Position numbers and translations under genes: made by a program. Below the pieces are notes generated by a model. It had not been told where the DNA came from. It searched no databases and was given only the letters and a program-made list of their open reading frames with translations. DNA of 64,000 nucleotides, taken from Acutalibacteraceae bacterium. GTDB taxonomy: Bacteria; Bacillota; Clostridia; Oscillospirales; Acutalibacteraceae. How positions within the stretch are numbered: position 1 is the stretch's first letter; every line of letters starts with the position of its first letter. This document shows positions 58,330 to 64,000 of the stretch, one piece after another. The stretch lies in the NCBI GenBank assembly GCA_045536495.1, contig JAZSNR010000027.1, positions 549-64,548 on the forward strand. The letters are read 5' to 3'.

Positions 58330-59763
58330 ATGAAGTACGATGTTGCTGTCATAGGTGCAGGTGTTGTGGGTTCTCTTATCACAAGAGAGCTTTCAAAATA
58401 CAACATCAAGGTAGCACTTCTTGAAAGATGCAACGATTGTGCAATGGGTGCTACAAAAGCAAACTCTGCCATTGTTCACGCAGGCTTTGATGCTAAACCG
58501 GGAACACTTAAAGCGAAGCTAAATGTTCGTGGTGTTGAGCTTATGAAAAAGGTTTGCAAGGAGCTTAATGTGCCTCTCAAAAATAATGAAGCTCTTGTTG
58601 TAGCTTTTTCCGAAGAGGAAATACCACATCTTGAAGTTCTCAAAGACAGAGGCGAAAAGAACGGTGTTCCCGAGCTTCGCATTGTTGGAAGAGAAGAGCT
58701 CGTTTCGCTTGAACCCAATATCGGCGATACAGCAGTAGGTGCGCTTGTTGCTCCCACATCTTCGATTGTTTGCCCTTATGAGCTTACTATTGCAGGTGTT
58801 GAAAATGCAGTTACAAACGGTGCAGAGTTTTTGAGAAACTGCGAAGTTACTGCTATCGACTATGCAGATAATGAATTTAAGCTTACAACATCTCTCGGCG
58901 AAATTGCCGCGGAATATGTTATTAACGCCGCAGGTGTTTATTCCGGGAAAATCGCTTCCCTTATTGGCGACAATTCAATTGAAATCGTTGTTCGTCACGG
59001 TGACTATTATCTCCTTGATAAATCTCAGGGCTCACTTGTTTCAAGAACAATTTTCCAATGCCCCACAAAAATGGGGAAGGGTGTTCTCGTTTCTCCCACA
59101 GTTGACGGCAACCTTATAGTTGGTCCTTCTGCTGAGGATATTGACGATGGTGACGATGTTGCTACAACATCAATAGGTCTTGACAAGATTTACACCAATG
59201 CTATAAAGAGCGTTCCCGCGGTTTCTTTGAGAAATGCTATTACCTCTTTCAGCGGTAACCGCGCTCATCCCACAAGCGATGATTTTATTATCGGTTCATC
59301 CGAGGTTAATAAGAAATTTATTAATGCGGCAGGTATTGAATCTCCAGGTCTTTCCTCTGCTCCCGCAATTGCAGAAATGGTTGACGGTATTATAAACGAG
59401 CTTTCAGGCGGATTCGAAAAGAAAGCAGATTTCAATCCTGTTCGTCCCGAGCCTGTTCGCTTCCGTCATATGTCAACAGAAGAAAGAGCAAAGCTTATTG
59501 AGAAAAACAAAGCATACGGCAGAATTGTTTGCCGTTGCGAAACAATTACAGAAGGCGAAATTCTCGATGCCATTCACGCTCCTGCAGGTGCTCGTGACGT
59601 TGACGGTGTTAAGAGAAGAACAAGAGCAGGTATGGGCAGATGCCAGGGTGGCTTCTGCGGAAGCAAGGTAGTTGAAATTCTTGCAAGAGAATTGAATGTG
59701 CCTATGAATGAAATCACAAAATTCGGCAGTCAGTCGAAAATTATGTATCACAAAACAAAGTAA
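58330..59763 (+). CDS. FAD-dependent oxidoreductase, GlpA/L-2-hydroxyglutarate-oxidase-like, with a C-terminal BFD-like [2Fe-2S] domain
   Basis: YDVAVIGAGVVGSLI is an FAD motif. C-terminal C.CE.....I and CQGGFC cysteine motifs are present. Confidence 0.8.
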   Translation: MKYDVAVIGAGVVGSLITRELSKYNIKVALLERCNDCAMGATKANSAIVHAGFDAKPGTLKAKLNVRGVELMKKVCKELNVPLKNNEALVVAFSEEEIPHLEVLKDRGEKNGVPELRIVGREELVSLEPNIGDTAVGALVAPTSSIVCPYELTIAGVENAVTNGAEFLRNCEVTAIDYADNEFKLTTSLGEIAAEYVINAAGVYSGKIASLIGDNSIEIVVRHGDYYLLDKSQGSLVSRTIFQCPTKMGKGVLVSPTVDGNLIVGPSAEDIDDGDDVATTSIGLDKIYTNAIKSVPAVSLRNAITSFSGNRAHPTSDDFIIGSSEVNKKFINAAGIESPGLSSAPAIAEMVDGIINELSGGFEKKADFNPVRPEPVRFRHMSTEERAKLIEKNKAYGRIVCRCETITEGEILDAIHAPAGARDVDGVKRRTRAGMGRCQGGFCGSKVVEILARELNVPMNEITKFGSQSKIMYHKTK

Positions 59764-59777
59764 GGAGGTAGGGCGCT

Positions 59778-61031
59778 ATGTTGAATTATGATTTAGTTGT
59801 AGTCGGCGGTGGCCCTGCCGGTATGGCTGCGGCTCTCAAGGCGAAGGAAGAGGGCGTAGAAAAAATAGTTATTCTTGAGAGAGCGGAAACTCTCGGCGGT
59901 ATTCTTGAACAATGTATTCACACAGGCTTCGGTCTTCATTATTTCGGCGAGGAGCTTTCAGGTCCCGAATACGCAGGAAGATTTATAGAACAGGTTGAAA
60001 ATACCGACATTGATGTTTTTACTGACACAATGGTTTTAAATATTTCCGAAGATAATATTGTTACAGCGGTTAACAATAATGAAGGACTTATGCAGTTTAA
60101 GGCAATTGCAGTTGTTCTTGCTATGGGTTGCCGTGAAAGACCTCGCGGAGCGCTTTCAATTGCAGGTTCAAGACCAGCAGGTATTATGACTGCAGGTACT
60201 GCACAGAAATACGTTAACATTGACGGCTATATGCCCGGTAAAAAGGTTGTTATTCTCGGCTCGGGCGATATCGGTCTTATAATGGCAAGAAGAATGACCC
60301 TTGAGGGCGCAGAGGTTAAGGTGGTTTGCGAGCTTATGCCTTACTCGGGCGGTCTTACAAGAAATATTGTTCAATGCCTTGACGATTTCGGTATTCCGCT
60401 CCGTTTGAGCTGTACGGTTGTTAAAACCCACGGTAAAGACAGACTCGAAGGCGTTACAATTGCAAATGTTGACGATAAACTCCAACCTATTCCCGGAACG
60501 GAAGAATATATCGAATGCGATACTCTTCTTCTTTCCGTTGGTCTTATTCCCGAAAATGAGCTTTCAAAGGATGTGGGCGTAGAGCTTGACAGAGTTACAA
60601 GCGGTCCCATTGTTGACGAATACAGAGAAACTCTTCACCCCGGTATATTTGCTTGCGGTAACGTTTTGCAGGTTCACGACCTTGTTGACTATGTTACAGA
60701 AGAAAGTCAGATTGCAGGTAAAGGCGCGGCAGACTACATTTTCGGTAAGAAAAAAGGCGGCACATTTATTAACACAAAGAGTATCAATGGTGTTCGTTAC
60801 ATTGTTCCCCAGAGAGTTAATATTGAAGGCGAAGAAAACCTTAAGCTCTATTTCCGAGTTGGTCAGGTTTATAAGGGTGCAAGGGTAGTTGTTGAGTGTG
60901 ACGGAAAAATCCTTTCATCCAAGAAGAAGGTTAAGCTTGCCCCCGGTGAAATGGAAAATGTTGTTATTACAACAGAAATGCTTAAAGATATGAACAAAGA
61001 CAGCGAAATCGTTGTCAGAATTGAAGAATAA
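59778..61031 (+). CDS. FAD/NAD(P)-binding pyridine nucleotide-disulfide oxidoreductase family protein
   Basis: YDLVVVGGGPAGMAAA plus a second GSGDIG dinucleotide motif. It is the usual partner of the GlpA-like gene. Confidence 0.8.
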   Translation: MLNYDLVVVGGGPAGMAAALKAKEEGVEKIVILERAETLGGILEQCIHTGFGLHYFGEELSGPEYAGRFIEQVENTDIDVFTDTMVLNISEDNIVTAVNNNEGLMQFKAIAVVLAMGCRERPRGALSIAGSRPAGIMTAGTAQKYVNIDGYMPGKKVVILGSGDIGLIMARRMTLEGAEVKVVCELMPYSGGLTRNIVQCLDDFGIPLRLSCTVVKTHGKDRLEGVTIANVDDKLQPIPGTEEYIECDTLLLSVGLIPENELSKDVGVELDRVTSGPIVDEYRETLHPGIFACGNVLQVHDLVDYVTEESQIAGKGAADYIFGKKKGGTFINTKSINGVRYIVPQRVNIEGEENLKLYFRVGQVYKGARVVVECDGKILSSKKKVKLAPGEMENVVITTEMLKDMNKDSEIVVRIEE

Positions 61032-61045
61032 GGAGGGCGGGTAAA

Positions 61046-61411
61046 ATGAAAAAAAGTCTTATTTGCGTTTCCTGTCCTTTAGGCTGTCCTATTGAGGTTG
61101 AAATTGAAAACGGTGAGGTTATCTCCGTTAGCGGTAACACCTGCAAACGCGGTGACTCCTACGCAAGAACTGAAATCACCAACCCTATGAGAAGCCTTAC
61201 AACAAGTGTTAAGGTTGAGGGTGGTGTTCACTCGGTTGTTCCGGTTAAGAGTGCAGGTCCTGTTCCAAAGGACAAAATGTTTGATTGTATGAAAGAAATT
61301 AATGCGACGGTTATTAAAGCTCCCGTTAAAATCGGCGATATTGTTATTAAAGATATCTGCGGTTTGGGTGTTGATATTGTTGCAACAAACTGTGACAGCG
61401 GTAAACGATAA
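61046..61411 (+). CDS. DUF1667 domain protein
   Basis: LICVSCPLGCPIEVE......V.GN.C.RG follows the DUF1667 pattern. It is the third gene of the conserved triad. Confidence 0.8.
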   Translation: MKKSLICVSCPLGCPIEVEIENGEVISVSGNTCKRGDSYARTEITNPMRSLTTSVKVEGGVHSVVPVKSAGPVPKDKMFDCMKEINATVIKAPVKIGDIVIKDICGLGVDIVATNCDSGKR

Positions 61412-61432
61412 ATCCCGAAAGGTAATTATATA

Positions 61433-62842
61433 ATGAAACCCTATGAAATTGCGGCGGAGGTTAAGCCCTCCGAAAGACAGCTTAATTGGCAAAAGACTGA
61501 GTTTTACGGTTTTATAAACTTCGGTCTTGCAACAGTTGTAAACAGAGAATGGACTGATGGTTCAGTTAACCCTATAAACTTTAATCCGGAAGAATTTGAC
61601 GCTCAGGAATGGGTGCAGTTCTTTAAGGATGCAGGCTTTAAGGGTATGGTTCTCAATGTTAAGCACCACGACGGTTTTTGCCTTTGGTGCTCGGAGCACA
61701 CTGCTTATTCCGTTGAAAGTGCAACGGATTGGGATGTGGAAAATCGCGACATTGTTGAGCTTTTAAGTAAAGAATGTAAAGAACAAGGTCTTAAATTTGG
61801 TATTGCTATTTCACCCCTTGACCGTAATTGCAAATTATACGGTAGCGGTGAACTTTATAATGCATATTTCAAAAAGCTTTTAAGAGAGGTTCTTACAAAA
61901 TACGGCGATATTTTCTATGTTCGTTTTGACGGTGCAGCAGAACCCGATAAGAATGGTAATATTCAGGAATATGATTGGGAAGGCTATTATGAGGTAGTCA
62001 GAGCTTGTCAGCCCGATGCAGTAATTGCTCTTGTTGGTCCTGATGTTCGTTGGTATGGTAATGAATGGGGCGTAATCCGCGAAAACGAATGGAGCGTTAT
62101 TCCCGAAAAATACAGCATCTATAACGCTATTGAAAAAAGTAAAAAGCCACAAAAGAAACGTCAGAAAGAAGAAAAGTTTGAGCTTGATTTAGGCTCGCGC
62201 AAGGCTATAAAAAAGGAAAACGATTTTATCTGGTATCCTTGCGAAGTGAGTATGTCCATCCGTGACAGATGGTATTATCACAAGGATGACGAATATACCG
62301 CCAAAACAAAGGACAGGCTTCAGAAAATATATTTTAGTTCCGTTGGTGCAAACTGCGCCTGGATGCTCGGTGTTCCGCCAATGAAAAACGGTAAGTTTGC
62401 CGAAATGGATTACCAGATTTTGAAAGCTTTCGGTTATGACCTTAAAAGAATGTTTAACTACAAGGTTTCTCAAATCGGTACGGTTCAGGTGAGCAGTTCA
62501 CTTTCCGAAGAATTTGACGGAGCAAATCTTCTCGACGAGAATGAAAACAAAACCTGGCGCCCTGCTCCTAATGATAAAGAACCCGAAATTACAATAACAC
62601 TTTCTCAAAAAGATATGTTTGATAAGGTTGTTATGATGGAGCATATTATCAACGGTCAACACGTTGAGGAATATGAGGTTTACATAGATAACGGTAGCGG
62701 TAAATTCAAGAGAGTGGCTAAAGGCGGAGTTGTAGGTTACAAGAGAATTGTAAAAATCACTCCCGAAGAGGTTACAAGAGTGAAAATTAAAATCACCTCA
62801 TACAGAGGTAATCTTGAAATGCAGTCCGTTACTTTATATTGA
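61433..62842 (+). CDS. GH29 alpha-L-fucosidase with a C-terminal F5/8 type C (discoidin) domain
   Basis: P...QL.WQ..EFYGFI.FG, KHHDGFCLW and the C-terminal beta-sandwich segment. Confidence 0.85.
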   Translation: MKPYEIAAEVKPSERQLNWQKTEFYGFINFGLATVVNREWTDGSVNPINFNPEEFDAQEWVQFFKDAGFKGMVLNVKHHDGFCLWCSEHTAYSVESATDWDVENRDIVELLSKECKEQGLKFGIAISPLDRNCKLYGSGELYNAYFKKLLREVLTKYGDIFYVRFDGAAEPDKNGNIQEYDWEGYYEVVRACQPDAVIALVGPDVRWYGNEWGVIRENEWSVIPEKYSIYNAIEKSKKPQKKRQKEEKFELDLGSRKAIKKENDFIWYPCEVSMSIRDRWYYHKDDEYTAKTKDRLQKIYFSSVGANCAWMLGVPPMKNGKFAEMDYQILKAFGYDLKRMFNYKVSQIGTVQVSSSLSEEFDGANLLDENENKTWRPAPNDKEPEITITLSQKDMFDKVVMMEHIINGQHVEEYEVYIDNGSGKFKRVAKGGVVGYKRIVKITPEEVTRVKIKITSYRGNLEMQSVTLY

Positions 62843-62845
62843 TTT

Positions 62846-63439
62846 ATGAAGAAAATTGCAATATACGGCGGTTCTTTTGATCCGCCTCACAAGGGACATA
62901 AGCTTTTAGCTGAAAATCTCGCAAAAATATGCGGTGCAGGAAAGGTTATAATAATACCGACGGCTTTATCGCCTTTTAAAAATTCAAGCTCTGCAACATC
63001 CCAAGACAGACTTAATATGTGTCAAATCTTCTTTAATGAAAGTCTTTTTTCTGTAAGCGATATTGAAATTAAAAGAGGCGGAAAAAGCTACACTGTTGAT
63101 ACATTGCGAGAAATAAAAAGCGAAAATCCGGATGCAGAATTGTTTCTGTTTATGGGTGACGATATGCTTCTGTCTTTCAATAAGTGGTATAAGTATGAAG
63201 AGATTTTAAAGCTTTCCACTATCGTTTGCGCTTGCAGAACAGAAAATCTCGGGGAACTTCAAAATATGAAGGAGTTTGTAAGGGATGTTCTTAAAGCAGA
63301 GGACAGAGTTATAGTTTGCGAAAGTGTGCCCTTTGAAATCAGTTCTACCGAAATTCGCTCTTCTTTGAAAAACGGCGAAAATATCGGTCTTTCAGAAGAG
63401 GTTTATAACTATATTTCTTCGAGGGGGTTGTATCAATGA
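62846..63439 (+). CDS. nadD: nicotinate-nucleotide adenylyltransferase
   Basis: KIAIYGGSFDPPH.GH motif with the ISST.IR motif near the C-terminus. Confidence 0.92.
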   Translation: MKKIAIYGGSFDPPHKGHKLLAENLAKICGAGKVIIIPTALSPFKNSSSATSQDRLNMCQIFFNESLFSVSDIEIKRGGKSYTVDTLREIKSENPDAELFLFMGDDMLLSFNKWYKYEEILKLSTIVCACRTENLGELQNMKEFVRDVLKAEDRVIVCESVPFEISSTEIRSSLKNGENIGLSEEVYNYISSRGLYQ

Positions 63440-64000
63440 ACAGGGATGCTGAATATACAGAGCTTTTGCGCGAGAAACTGACAGAGAAAAGATTTATACA
63501 CTCTCTTAATGTGGCAGAGTCTGCGAAAGAGCTTGCAAAAATTTACGGCTGTGACGAAGAAATTGCATATACTGCAGGTCTTATTCACGATTGTTGCAAG
63601 GATACTCCCGCAGGACTTCAACTTTCATATATGCTGGAAAACGGCGCAGAGCTTACAGAAATTGAAATAAGCACCGCAAAGCTTTACCACGCTATGTGCG
63701 GTAGCATATATGTGAAAAAGGAATTCGGAATTGAAAACGAAGATATAATTAACGCCGTTCGCTATCACACAACAGGAAGAAAAAATATGAGCCTTCTTGA
63801 AAAAATTGTATTTATTGCGGATTTTATCAGCGCAGAAAGAGATTATAACGGCGTTGAAATAATGAGAGAAAAAGCAGTAAGGTCGCTTGATGAAGCAATT
63901 GTTGAGGGACTTGGCTTTACAATAAAAGACCTCATAGACAGAGGTGAAAGGTTTGTTCATCCCGACACGATTGACGCCTACAACGATGCTATGGGGAATT
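63436..64000 (+). CDS. yqeK: HD-domain bis(5'-nucleosyl)-tetraphosphatase YqeK; the 3' end lies outside the window
   Basis: ATG 63436 overlaps the nadD stop (ATGA). Manual translation gives MNRDAEYTELLREKLTEKRFIHSLNVAESAKELA...GLIHDCCKD. The ORF stays open to the window end and is absent from the ORF track. Confidence 0.85.
   Translation, partial: MNRDAEYTELLREKLTEKRFIHSLNVAESAKELAKIYGCDEEIAYTAGLIHDCCKDTPAGLQLSYMLENGAELTEIEISTAKLYHAMCGSIYVKKEFGIENEDIINAVRYHTTGRKNMSLLEKIVFIADFISAERDYNGVEIMREKAVRSLDEAIVEGLGFTIKDLIDRGERFVHPDTIDAYNDAMGN

Overview
This is a 64-kb chromosomal segment from a low-GC anaerobic Firmicute. The taxonomic call (Clostridia, probably a gut or rumen Oscillospirales-like organism) rests on gene content: a dockerin protein, reverse rubrerythrin/rubredoxin/flavodiiron oxygen defence, a CIRCE-controlled hrcA-grpE-dnaK-dnaJ operon and many cytoplasmic glycoside hydrolases. 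I call about 60 protein genes and 3 tRNAs. I see no rRNA, CRISPR array, transposase, integrase, prophage or recognisable defence-system genes. Gene order: galT (5' partial), GH36 alpha-galactosidase, putP and a GDPD; a pyruvate formate-lyase locus; three type IV pilin-like genes, the third in an operon with PqqD-like, HPr-kinase-like and LCP genes; sugar oxidoreductase and beta-helix genes; a Fur/PerR-type oxidative-stress operon; a 14-kb cell-surface glycan cluster (CDP-3,6-dideoxyhexose genes plus a ThDP enzyme, a GtrB-like GT2, two GT2s, Wzx and YfhO); aroK; a small RHH module; fprA, maa, metA and metY; a dockerin-CAP protein; GH38; a tRNA-Ser/Ser/Gln locus; the heat-shock operon; housekeeping and GH3/GH29 genes; a U32 peptidase pair; a GlpA-like/DUF1667 operon; nadD and yqeK (3' partial). 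Three candidates deserve follow-up. (1) PFL is split into a catalytic core ORF and a separately translated 80-aa glycyl-radical domain by about 200 nt of inserted sequence, and a 60-nt two-hairpin repeat brackets the GRD-pflA pair in inverted orientation. (2) The tightly packed pseudopilin, PqqD-like, P-loop HprK-like and LCP operon matches no characterised pathway. (3) Two small structured elements sit downstream of tRNA-Ser(GCU) and tRNA-Gln; each is built from an inverted 15-nt T-arm copy, a CAGAG-loop hairpin, a copy of the tRNA 3' end through CCA, and its own terminator. All functional calls come from reading motifs by eye; no database searches were run.
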